DNA of 58,129 nt, the filler included, from Dimargaris cristalligena (lineage: Eukaryota), in NCBI GenBank assembly GCA_003614675.1. It is 2 parts of 2 records of this genome, joined end to end, with 100 filler letters (N's around TTAATTAATTAA, not from the genome) between each part and the next. Parts side by side here need not be neighbours in the genome. Positions count along the whole stretch, not along the records: positions 1 to 29,048 come from ML002492.1; positions 29,149 to 58,129 come from ML002493.1. One strand, 5' to 3'. A program made the position numbers and the translations under genes. Under the pieces are notes generated by a model, which worked only from the letters and a program-made list of their open reading frames with translations, had not been told where the DNA came from and searched no databases. Below are positions 23,206 to 34,451 of this stretch, piece after piece (positions within the stretch are counted from its first letter, which is position 1; each line of letters starts with the position of its first letter).

Positions 23206-26200
23206 TTATTCCGTAAACCCAATGGCCAAGTCGAGTTCCGTTACAATCGCGGCCAGTATATCTGTAAAACGGCTTAAGTCCGGTTCGGATTCATTGGCCA
23301 AGTTGCTGCTGGACTGAGTACCAGTATACCAATTATCCCGAGCTACCGCCAGTCCCAAATGGCTAGGATTTGCTTGCCCCTGCAATTGGAGGTGTCGCAT
23401 GAAAGCCCGGGCCAGTTGCATTAATTCTGGACAATTTTGGATAATGATTTGCCGATCCACTTCTGATAGCTGATTAAACCATAAATGAACCAAATCACCA
23501 TTGATAACACCAGGGGTGGTATCACCCCAAGGGGTTGTACCAGCGATTGTTTGGGCATGACCTCTTCGGGGCTCCCCTTCCGCCAATCGGAGACTGGGGA
23601 ATGATGCCAAAAATCCGTTATTAATCCCACTGTAGCCACTCCGGTAGATCTGTCCCATTTGCTGTTGAATGGCGGCGAGAATGCGGAATAGGGAGGCCCG
23701 GATGGGGAGCAGACCAAATACGGTACCGGTCAGCGATCCGCCGTAGACCACGGTCGGAGTAGGGGTTTCGCTATCCCAGATTTCACTGGTCACTCCCGGC
23801 CGATAACTGGATACCGCCCAACCGGAATCCATTTTCATATTTGTAGCAATGTCCGCATCACCATGCAAATCTAGGTTCATAGTTTGTAATGATCGGCTAG
23901 TTGGGAACGCCGATGGTTCGGTTTGCTGGCCTTCCAGCCGATAGAGGGTCGATTCGACCTGGTAGTCCCGGAATACCCGCGGGATCCGGTCACGCCGATC
24001 ACCCCAACTCCCTGGGGAATGTAATGCCCACGGTAAGTGATTCTGAGTGCTCGTTGCCAATTGGCGGAACGTATCGTACGTACTCATCCAAAAATCCGGT
24101 CGCAGGGCCAACTCGGGACCATGTATCGCGGCCTGGTCCGACGGTGTGGAAGATAGCCATCCCGAAGAGCCTGTATCCGACTCGTTGGCGAGGGGTCGGG
24201 CCAAACCGAGAAGACCCCCGAATTGGCCGGCGGCCAAGACCACGGAGGGGGCCAAAAGCAACGTACGACAGACATGAAGGGCCGAACTGGTGGACTGTTC
24301 CAAATTAAACTGGGCCTGGACGGGGTCGTACCGCCAAAGTTGCAACGGCCCCGCAATTGGGGCCAGGACGAGCAAATGGCCCCGGGTATCAAGGGCCCGC
24401 ACGGGGGAATCCAAGGGAACCGGGTCAGTTCTTTGAGCTTTTTTTGATCGGGATTCAACTCGAACAGCGACACTTGGGATGTTGATGCCACAATAAGGCC
24501 GTTTAACCCAAAAGGGGCCATCCGGGTAATGGTGCCTTCCCGTTCTAAATCCCAGACAAATTTCAGATCCACGGGGGTGGGTTGAGCAGGGGGAGTTCGT
24601 TTCACATTATACATCACCACCCGCCCCTTCGTGCCCAGTCCGGTACCGCCCCCGCCACTAGAAGTGCTGCCATTCCCGCGGTCTTCGGACGGACCCCCAC
24701 CATCAGGTAGGCTAGTTCCAATACAGAAGTAGCGGTATTGCCTTTTATCCTGGATGGTCCAGGCACAGAAACAGAACACCTGTTCGCGGGGTAGCAGGGA
24801 TTGGTGCGCTAAGGTGCGGCCCGTTTCAGGATCCACGACTAGCAGCTGGTCCAGTTCTAGGGTCGGGTTATGCCCGGTTACAATAAGGGTATTGGTCAGC
24901 GGGTCGAAGTGAATGTGTTTAGGTGAAATGGTTGACGGCCACCTTTTGATACATTGCCGGGTTCCCGGCCGAGTGGATAGTTGGACCAATCGATCGTCTG
25001 CCAGGGCGATATAATTTCCTTGGGTTCCGTCGGAGTTGCCCAAAGGTACCAAAGCGGCCAGTCGCTTAGCCGGCGTATAAGCCATCGGAATGGGCAAAGG
25101 TCCCTGGGGACTGTCCGTAATTTCCCATAATTGCTCGGACTGGGCCACAATGGCCCTTTGGGGCTGTGCTTCGAAACCGAATAGTCGCACCGGTAAATGG
25201 CCCAGTCGGAAGAGACGCGGCTGGTCCCATTGGACATCCAAATCCCGGTTCACAGTGGGTTTAAAGACGGGATAGCCCACACAATCCCCACTCCGTAGAC
25301 CCAAGAGAAGGTAAATAGTTTCGGGGGATCGGTCGAGCCAGGCCATCGAGTGAATCGTTCGCAGGTCCAAATCCGCCCGGGGATCGGGGGTATAAGTACC
25401 CACGTGAATCCAGTCCTTCCCCGACCAGCTCAGCCGGGTCAGCGATGCCGGGTATACTCCTACGAAGCATTCGAGGCGGCCGACGGCTTCATGGTGGTAA
25501 GCCAACAGGGAACTGGCTTCCGTTGGGAAACGGGTGGGGCAGATATATTCTAGAATTTTCGGGCTGGGATCGGATGATAAACGAAGCGACAGGAGTTGCC
25601 ACCCGAGAGGGCCGGTCGATGCGGAGGTGCTAATGACAATAACGTGGTCATGGGCAATGGTGGCTTGGGTTATACGGGACGGGGCAGTCCACTTTATCGG
25701 CTGTGCAGTATCCCCGTCCAAGTGGTGCAACCACCAACTAACCATCGTGGGGACAACTTGGACTTGCGTGGAGTGAGTAGGAAGCGTGCCGCAATACACA
25801 GTAGAAGTTGAATGGGCGAATGTGTCACCTAACTCGGCATCGAATAAGGCATCCCCCCGCCAACTTAGCACCCGGGTGTTATCCGTATAGCTAAGGACGA
25901 TATACCGCTTGGATTCATGGGATAAGACCCATATGCCTTGGGCATGGGGGAACGCGGGGTCCGACTCATAAGGAATGGTCACGGGGGTTTGATGGCGAAT
26001 ACGGGTAATTGAAGCAGTGGGCCACTGGCCCCCGGCGAGCCAAATGGTCTTGGGCCGGCCGGGCGCTCCGGGTGCCACAACTAAGCTATGAATAGGCGCG
26101 CTGTTGGGCAGGTTCTGTTTGATGACCACTCCGGTATGGGACCCTGATTCGAACGGCGGAGCTACCAGGAGGATGCGGTGATCGCCCATATCCCCAGCCA

Positions 26201-27926
26201 CCAGTAGGGAATCGCCGGCCCAGCGGTCGCTGGAAAGTACGGCCAGGCTAAGACAGCCGGGGCTGTCGAAGGGAAATATCCGAATTTTGACCTGACGGTG
26301 GAGACCCAGGGTGACGCGAATGAGGCACTGATCCGCAGTACCCAAATAACAGGTCGTTGCCGAGTCGGACGCACGGGGCGGGGTGGTGGCAAAGGTGGTG
26401 ATCCCTAGGGGTGAGTGATGGCAGGGGTGGAGGGGCAATTGATGCGTTACATGGTGAACATGACCGGACGCCGCATCTTCCGCGTCAATCCAAAGTAGCT
26501 CGTGCTTATTTACGAGTAGGAATGATTCAGGATAAGCGGCCAGGGGGATCAAATGACGGGGGAAGGATGCCCCCCGGGGGAAAGGTAGCCGAGCGTAATG
26601 GCGGGTATCTTTGAGAATGGTGGAAGGGGTAGACCGGGGCTGATCAGGAGTGGGCAGAGGGGGCCGGAGCCAGAACTCGTAAATGTAAATACTGACGGCC
26701 GATACGGGGTGGTCCAGTACCAAAACCATCGCCAAGAGCACGCGGTCCTTTTCGTGACTGCGCGGGTGGAGGAACGCCAAATGAAGGATGGTGCCTGGTA
26801 CCGAAAATATCCGACTTTCCTGGATCAAATCGACCCGAAGGGGTGGCGAGCTTTGCTGGGCCGCAGAGGTGGGGACATTCACTGGGGTTTGGGTTAAATC
26901 CGGAGACAGCTCGTCCGACGGACCCATGGGTTTCGAACCTACCCCGTCGGTGGCTATAAAGTGGCGATTGTAATAGGCGTTGTTGACCAAAAATATTTGG
27001 AAGGAATTTTTAAGGGCCGTGACGGCGAAGGCACGGGAAAGGGGGTCCACGCAGAGCCGGTGGTTGCGGTTGAATGGGTTGAGACCCAGCGGAGACACGA
27101 CTAATTCTTGGAGGACTTGGAATCGACACGGCGGGGTGGGGCCTAGTCCACCGGAGGGGCCAGGGGTGGTATCGATTCCGACAATGGAAAGGGTCCCCTG
27201 ATCGGTTAGGCATAATAAGAGATCCCGCGCACTATTCAGTGATCGGGGAAAGGCCTGCGGGATAATGTGGGGCAGGGTGTCGATGTCGGTGATAAGGCCG
27301 GCCGGGCTAAACTGTCGCCAGCTCGATAGGGTATTATCAAATGCAATAGAGTATAAAGTCAATGATGCTTCCTAGGCCCGCCATAAGGAAGGAGTGCGGT
27401 TAACGAACCCGCCGAGGTCCAAGGTTAAAATGAAATAGGCACATTATATAAAGACCATAGTTAGTGGAACGGGCGCTACTTATGTATTTAGATTGGGATT
27501 ATAATAATAATACAGATAATACGGCCATGCCAACTGTCTGCCGCGTCTAGAGAGTCCTTGGTTCAGACCGGAGCTGCTGAAACGGCTGGTAAAAGTGGGC
27601 GGCCCACATAGGGATCACGCAGTAATAAGGCCCAGCCCCACTTCCAACGACTAGGCCATCAAACTCTGAATAATTTAGCCCAGTCGGTGGCCGCCCCTAC
27701 GAAGCCAGGCCAACTCATTGGCAACCAGGTAGGGTGCAGTTCTTACATTGCTCACGAGCAGCTCGGGCTGTTTTCCACCGCTAAAGTGACCTACGAGGGA
27801 TTTCAAAATAAGCGGACTGGGTAGAATGGTTCGAGTATACACATAATGGGTGGGCGAATTCGCGTCGGGGTTCGGACCGGACCCGACGATGGGTTCTGTG
27901 GATGCGGAGGGATAAGCAGGGGACAT
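23206..27926 (-). CDS. Mms1/DDB1/Rik1/CPSF-A superfamily triple beta-propeller protein; exon 1 27926-27747, exon 2 27371-23206 with a 1-nt frameshift near 24414-24445
   Basis: Spliced N-terminus YVYTRTILPS...GHFSGGKQPELLVSN/EASLTLY (GTAAGA..TAG intron). DLLLCLTDQG, LCVDPLSRAFAVTA, LPNSAPI, YIVLSYTDNTRVL, LLLGLRSG, FCIGTS...GRVVMY and C-terminal VINGDLV typical of the CPSF_A domain. Too divergent to be Rse1/SF3B3. Confidence 0.8.
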
Positions 27927-29048
27927 GGTAAAGGTAGGGGTGGGACTAGTATAAGGTAACTACTAGCCCAAGGCGGATCGGTTATAATGAAAACGCAGGT
28001 AGCAAAGTTGGCGGGGTAAAGAAGTACAATGCCCTTGAATGAAGGAGTAATGAGATGGTATTGTCCAGTAGGGGGGGGTATTGAATGGGTAGCAGTCAGG
28101 TTGTTTCGGGCTCATGGGCCAGCTACTCTGCCCCAGTGGAAATGCGTCGCCTAGTCCTGGCCTTTCATGGGGCTGGGAGATATACCCTGGCTTCACTTGA
28201 TGGATAACATCATAAAAAGTAATATTAAACAAGGCTAGTAATACTGCCTCTCTTGTCAACAACCTCTCAAGGGTTGCTAACACACAATTATCAAAATGGC
28301 CGCTAAACTTTGATTTTCCAGCAAATTTACCGCCAATGGATCAACCACCATTCAAGCCGATTTGGTAAATTAACTCGTCAGTGGGGCGGTGTATGGCACA
28401 ATGATCGGGACGAATGTCATGGCTGAGAACTGTTTAACCAATTCTAACGCGACTAGAGTCGACCAGGTGCTGGTAAATAAAACAATGGCTGATTTATTAA
28501 ACGACAAACTTGCTGAAAAGCAGCCAGTGGGTATTGGGAACAGATAAATAATTGTACATAACGAAAGAAAAAAACTTATTAAAGGTAGGCTTGTAATGAT
28601 GGAAAGGCGAGGTTCAGTCTAATCTATTCGGCTACTCGATATCCGGACCGACCGGTTGGCCATCAAATGGGTTGGCGGTATCGAGCACATTGGATTGCAT
28701 GGATAATTATCGACGCAAAGGGGAGAGAACCTCGTTGACCAACTGTTCGGGGCTTAGTCGTCCAGCTCGACGCTTTCCAGCATGGGAATTAAACTCTCCC
28801 AAGTGGCCATGGCCTGCACGTTCATTAAATAAGATGGGGCGAATAAGGAAATATACAATGGATGTGGTTATATTTACGGCATTAGATCTCGGCGAAAGTG
28901 GTTGGATAGGCTCATGATTGGCAATAGAATCCGATGCTATAATTCATAATAGAACACAGGGTTTCAATCAAAGCCACCTAACCACACACACACACTCTTA
29001 TATACTATTTTTTTCTAGAGGTGGGTGGGTGTTGATAGCGTTCCTTCA

Positions 29049-29148
29049 NNNNNNNNNNNNNNNNNNNNNNNNNNNNNNNNNNNNNNNNNNNNTTAATTAA
29101 TTAANNNNNNNNNNNNNNNNNNNNNNNNNNNNNNNNNNNNNNNNNNNN
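29049..29148. other. Artificial assembly spacer: 44 N + TTAATTAATTAA + 44 N
   Basis: Exactly 100 bp and symmetric, with a 12-mer giving stop codons in all six frames. Confidence 0.95.
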
Positions 29149-29889
29149 GATTTCTTATATATACCTTAGTAGTGTCCCCTCAGTTGAAGGGACAAGTTAG
29201 TTTCGAGATAAATGAATAAATATCTGTTTTAACTTCACCCGATGATTACCCTTTACTCAGTTTTACTTTGATTATTATTCACACCAATTCTATTTTGCTT
29301 TATTATTTTCATCCATTTAGTTTGAAGTTTTGGTATCCCCAAGTACTAAATTGATTACACCATTTGATCATAATGTTTTTTATATTTTATATTTTTCTTA
29401 ATAGCCAATGATGCAAGATGACAACATATGACGTGATGGATGACCAGGAACTCAGCAGTGATTACCCCAAGGCCACCTTAGTCTCAACCCCCTCAAACCC
29501 AGCAAAGTCCAACACTCTGCATTACATGACAAAGTATGGTGAGCCATCTAGTGGAAAGAAACTGGAGGTTACCCCTCCTGCCGACTCTCCCAAAGGCATG
29601 CCAGCGGAGCTCCTCAAATCATTGGTAACACAATACCATTATGATGATAGTGACATGCATGGAAGTCTGCCAAATTATCAATATATTTTGCAGAGCTTTA
29701 ATATTGCTGATAATTACAATTGTGAGCACTATTGTAATTCAATACTAATATTCATTACTTGGGACCCCCTTATGGTCTCATCAACTGGCCTATTACAATT
29801 GTTCCATACCAAAATGATCCACTTGGGATTTCCAATTACCTGTCTTTTTTAATTAATATGTAGTAAATATACCATTATTCTAAAAATAT
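29149..29889 (+). repeat. CpG-poor, AT-rich contig-end repeat relic containing an unassigned 144-codon ORF (29418-29852)
   Basis: Few CpGs, abuts the assembly gap, no recognisable domain. Confidence 0.35.
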
Positions 29890-30347
29890 TGTGGTAGTAC
29901 CTGAGACTACTTAGTCACTTATAGTAAATCACAGTATTCCTTTTTCAATCACATTCTATTTTTATATCATTTTATCAGTGACGTTCCGATTTATTATTTT
30001 ATACCCTTGTAATATCATAGTAAGTGAGAGTTACATTAAATACTACTTGTATTTATATTTGATATCATCATTAGCCAGATATATTTGTAAACTTGTTATT
30101 ATTAATCAATTCGAGTAGTAAGACTACATAGGTTGGACTTCAACCACTTCCTCAGTATAAATACCTTCAATAATTGCAGCTCTTAATAAAACATCTCTTT
30201 TTCTATTCTTCTGAACTGTATCGGCAGTTTTGCCTACAGTTGTATTAGTTATTCTTAAGGTTCGACCTTGCTGTCTCTTTAAGTTCGATTGTAAGGCATT
30301 CACGCCTATTATTGCTACTACTATTATATGTACTCTGCTACACCACA
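29890..30347 (+). mobile_element. Candidate solo LTR (~458 bp) immediately upstream of tRNA-Gln
   Basis: Ends TGTGGT...ACCACA (TG..CA, 6-bp inverted repeat). Internal TATAAATA (30156-30163) followed by AATAAA (30185-30190). Flanks share AAAAATAT (29882-29889 and 30350-30357). The 5' boundary is uncertain. Confidence 0.4.
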
Positions 30348-30360
30348 AAAAAAATATAGT

Positions 30361-30433
30361 GGTTCTATAGTGTAGTTGGTTATCACATGGGGTTTTGATC
30401 CCCGCAACCCGAGTTCGAATCTCGGTAGGACCT
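30361..30433 (+). tRNA. tRNA-Gln (anticodon TTG), intronless
   Basis: Acceptor stem GGTTCTA/TAGGACC, A-box TAGTGTAGTTGG, anticodon arm TGGGG-TTTTGAT-CCCCG, T arm CCGAG-TTCGAAT-CTCGG, downstream T-tract Pol III terminator. Confidence 0.96.
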
Positions 30434-30672
30434 TATTTTTATATATTTTTTCCAGGAATTCTGGCAACTCGATGAGAATCCATCGGTGTTTGCTTTTATG
30501 CACCAACAAAAATATTACTCAGAGTCCAGTATTGGGGCACTTCAATTTTATTAAAGATCTAAAATAATACACGGTGTTAAAGAAACCACAAGTCCAACCA
30601 AGCTTAACCTGGAATTCAGGTCCAATACGTATGCTAATATGATATTTTGGTTAAAGCCGGAGCAAATCTACT

Positions 30673-31728
30673 TCATATACGGCTGTTTAATTGGGAGCGT
30701 GTTCTTTTGGGCTCGCGGTATTGGTCATAGGATAAGAATGCACTATCAGCAGATAACCACGACTCGCTGGGGGGAAGGACAGTTGCCTGGTTATTGTGGT
30801 TACTCTGGGGAGTAGTAGTTTTACCACCACTACCAGGTAGGCCATCATCACCATTCATGTTCAACGAACGCTTGCTACCAAGCGAGAGGGGGGTGTTGAC
30901 GGCGTAATCCTGCAAAGCCAAAGCGTCTATCCACCATGGCGACATCAATTTTTGAAAATATGAATCGAATTCCGCCTTATTACGGAAAGCGGGCATTTTT
31001 TTCGGGTCGTTGCTCAGTGTCTCGGGAACGGGTGGGGTGATGGGTAGCGCACTGCTGGAGTCGGAGTGGCTAGTTTGGCGGTCAGTTGGGCTTATCAGGC
31101 TAAGGCCAAGGTTATGGGGTAAGTTGGCGGCAGTTCCGGTTCCTTGGCTAAAGGGGTACTCGGTAAGGTTGGTCAAATCAATGGGACGGTCTTCATTGAA
31201 CCCTGGGGCGGGATCGGCGGGGTTCACTACCGTTGACGGATTTAACCAGGTGTCCTGAGGATTGATGGTTGGATTATACCTGACCTGGTTGGGGTAAGGG
31301 TTAGGTGGCTGGACGGGAAGCTGTGGGTCAACGACCGCTGGGCTGACCTGAACGGGTTGAACAGACTGATGGAAGGGTTGGTTGGGTTGTTGGCTGGCTT
31401 CCCAACCGGACCGTTGCGGCCGCCGGCTCCGCAAGGCCCGGTGGCTCGTTTGGGCCAGTACATGCATCAAATCATCGTACCGCACGGTGATGAGCAGGTC
31501 CGGCAGAGGGTGGATGCTGGTCGGATGCAAGGGGTTAATCCCCGCCGCAATAACTTTGAGTATTTCGCGGTTGACCACCATGGGCGGGTCGGAGGGATTT
31601 CGGGGCTCGAAAAGGTCAAAATAGTTGGGGTAACCCGAAAATGGGTTTTCAACCGGAATACCGAGCGCTACTAAAGGTAGCATCGAAAGGCATGCGCCTA
31701 AGCCTAACCGGGGGATGGAGAGACGCAT
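30673..31728 (-). CDS. Orphan secreted protein, Pro/Asn/Gln-rich, 351 aa
   Basis: Single long ORF with signal peptide MRLSIPRLGLGACLSMLPLVALG. TATA-like TATATATAAG about 200 bp upstream (31927-31936). No recognisable domain. Confidence 0.75.
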   Translation of the reverse strand: MRLSIPRLGLGACLSMLPLVALGIPVENPFSGYPNYFDLFEPRNPSDPPMVVNREILKVIAAGINPLHPTSIHPLPDLLITVRYDDLMHVLAQTSHRALRSRRPQRSGWEASQQPNQPFHQSVQPVQVSPAVVDPQLPVQPPNPYPNQVRYNPTINPQDTWLNPSTVVNPADPAPGFNEDRPIDLTNLTEYPFSQGTGTAANLPHNLGLSLISPTDRQTSHSDSSSALPITPPVPETLSNDPKKMPAFRNKAEFDSYFQKLMSPWWIDALALQDYAVNTPLSLGSKRSLNMNGDDGLPGSGGKTTTPQSNHNNQATVLPPSESWLSADSAFLSYDQYREPKRTRSQLNSRI

Positions 31729-31794
31729 AATGGCTAGGGTTGGACGAAAAAGGACGAGTCAATTTAATTATTTTTTTCAAAGCGTAAGAGTAAG

Positions 31795-31818
31795 AGTAAT
31801 AGTAATAGTAATAGTAAT
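31795..31818. repeat. (AGTAAT)4 microsatellite in the 5' leader of the orphan secreted gene
   Basis: Read directly. Confidence 0.85.
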
Positions 31819-32537
31819 AATATGAGGTCTAAGCAAAATTTAAAAAACAAAACCAAATCTAGCTTCCTTATTATATAAAATGTACAATGAACAAATATGC
31901 TAGGAATGAAGTCGGCTCGCTTATCTCTTATATATACACACATTTCGTCTCGCTCTGTATCTCCCAGGGTTACCAGGTTGATATTGTGCCAGGCGATGAA
32001 GTGGCGTGTACTGCAAAAATAATACAACCCTCGCCAAGCTTCACCTGATATTCGCAGAAGGGAAGGACGGCCGTACCGATTGGGTGATTTTACCGTTGTG
32101 GTTTTCGTCCCCCTATACTTAACGAGGCGAGCTGAGGGCAACTAACTGCCAATGGGCGACGAATTGCCCGTCCTTTCGGGAGGTTGTTTTTTGTGTGCGT
32201 GTATTTTTTTCAACTTTAACTGGTGAATAAGTGGATAACTTGATCAAGTATGCCTAAAACTGGGCCATTGGGGAGGGGGCTATGTAGCTGTGCAACCACT
32301 ATTCGAATCGTGACCTTCCGAGTCCCCATTTCGTCCGAAACGTTGTTACAAGCCTAGACGGCTAGCCATTCGTCGCAATTTCCGATATCCGAGATATTTC
32401 CTCGACTTTATTATAGTCCCTGGCCGATGGATATAGATCTGTGACCATCGCTCTTCACATGTTTTGGTTACATTTATTTTTTAAAATAATAATAATAATA
32501 ACCATTTAGACGATGTTAATTTGGGTCTAATTGCTAC

Positions 32538-32556
32538 ATATATATATATATATATA
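32538..32556. repeat. (AT)n microsatellite
   Basis: Read directly. Similar tracts near 4358, 51562 and 51702. Confidence 0.9.
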
Positions 32557-33678
32557 CTGCTTGGATATATTTCGGGTATGCTTTCAATACAGGGCTGGCA
32601 TTAATTGGGACTATAGTTTATTGTTGCTGCGCTATCAGTTGGCCACTGCCCAAAGGAGATGTACCCTGAAAACCCTGGTCCCAAGGGCAAAGTTCTACAT
32701 ATCCTATAATAGCCATGCTAGAAAGCGTGACCCGGACCTTAATTCAAAAACCACTTCCCCCATTCCGCCAAGCCGTAAATCGTAATCCACCAGTCGGACT
32801 TGGTGCGACCCCCGGAGACGTGGTACGACCACCACCTGTCCCGTTTTCGTTGGTCAATTTTTCCGGTATATCAACAATGCCAAAGAAATGTGTGGGGATA
32901 GAGAGGGTGGGCGAATGAGCCACTGCTACTGGTGCACACGGGGCTATCTCCGAACAGAACAGTAGGGGGAGCTTACAGCGAATTAATCCATCGGGCTGTA
33001 TTTTCTATTATTATCATTATCCTTTTTGTATTTGGCATTTGTACAGTTTAGAGGGTGTACACCGGCCATTCAATCCACCTCTAGGTCAGGTACATTGCTA
33101 CAATACCCGCTGTCGAGTGCAAAATATTCCGCAGTTATTTTTTGTTGCATATTCATACAGATGACTAATAGAAATAATTTACGCTTGGTTGCCATACCTC
33201 ACTTTTACACCCCCGCTCCGCATTTGCCCTCATTAGTAAAGGGGGGCCCATGACACGAGTATTTTTTGAGGGGGGGGGACATGTCAGCTGTTTGCTTCCC
33301 TTTCGGGACGGGATGACGCATCCCTAATAGTTTAGGCTAGCCGTAATACATATATTGACTGCGCGGGCTAGTGGGGATTAGTCTGGCACATACAAGTAAC
33401 GCGTTTCGGAAAAACTAGGCAACATGGTATCGGCCATTTGTCCAATTAGCATTGCCACTGGATCATGCCATAAAATAAATGGATAAAAACCCTTGACGGA
33501 CAACACGAAAGTGCCTGAATATATTGAATCAAGTGTTACCCAAATATCAGTATATATGGGGGCTCATGTCAAAGTGAATAAATCGAAAATGACCTGATTG
33601 ACTAATATCTAGATGACATCCAATAAAACGCCGATATCAAGGCGATAGTATTATTAAACGGTCGACACGGGAAATCAC

Positions 33679-33695
33679 GGGGGGGGGGGGGGGGG
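33679..33695 (+). repeat. G17 homopolymer
   Basis: Read directly. Confidence 0.9.
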
Positions 33696-34451
33696 TAAAT
33701 AAAAATTGCTGATTTTTCAGAGATATAGCACCCTGAAAAGGTGTTATTTATCGGCTTACGTGGACAGTGCTTCTCGGAAGAATAGTTGATAGAATCGAAC
33801 CCCCCTGAACTTAGTGTAAACCACACCCATTGATAGCTTCTAACCTATTTTGGGATTTACTGTCTGTCCCTAATAGACCAACTGCACTTACGTGTACCTC
33901 CGAATAAGGGCAATGTGTGATACTGGTTGCAATGGGTATCAGATTAACCATATTCGCACCAAAATTAAGCCATAAGGGTATGCAGATGAAATAGAATCGC
34001 CATAATCAACTGCCCTCTAGTCAAAGCTGGCGTTTAATTCAAATTATACTGTACAGGTAACACTTGACCAAATTGCCAACCCTGTGGATCAACCAAAATC
34101 TCATCTAATGGATATAGCGAATCCGGCACAAGAGGCAAGAGCCAGCATATATAAAAACTGACCGAGCTGATTTTATAGAGGGAGCACCAATAAAACGAAA
34201 TGTTTTGAACAGGTGGGTAGCCTGCGAAACGATATATAAGAAAAAGAAATCCGAAACGGTAGTTTGAACAAGAGTCGAGAAATACGAAAATCAAATCAAA
34301 AAGATAAATAAATTAGCCGGAATACGGCCATTCAATAGATGAAACAAAAAAGACGGTGTAAATGTATGGGCCGTAAGGTTAAACAAACCACCGATCCTTT
34401 ATTTAAAAAAAGGTCATGAAAGAATATGTGTACTCTTTTCAAACTCGCACT

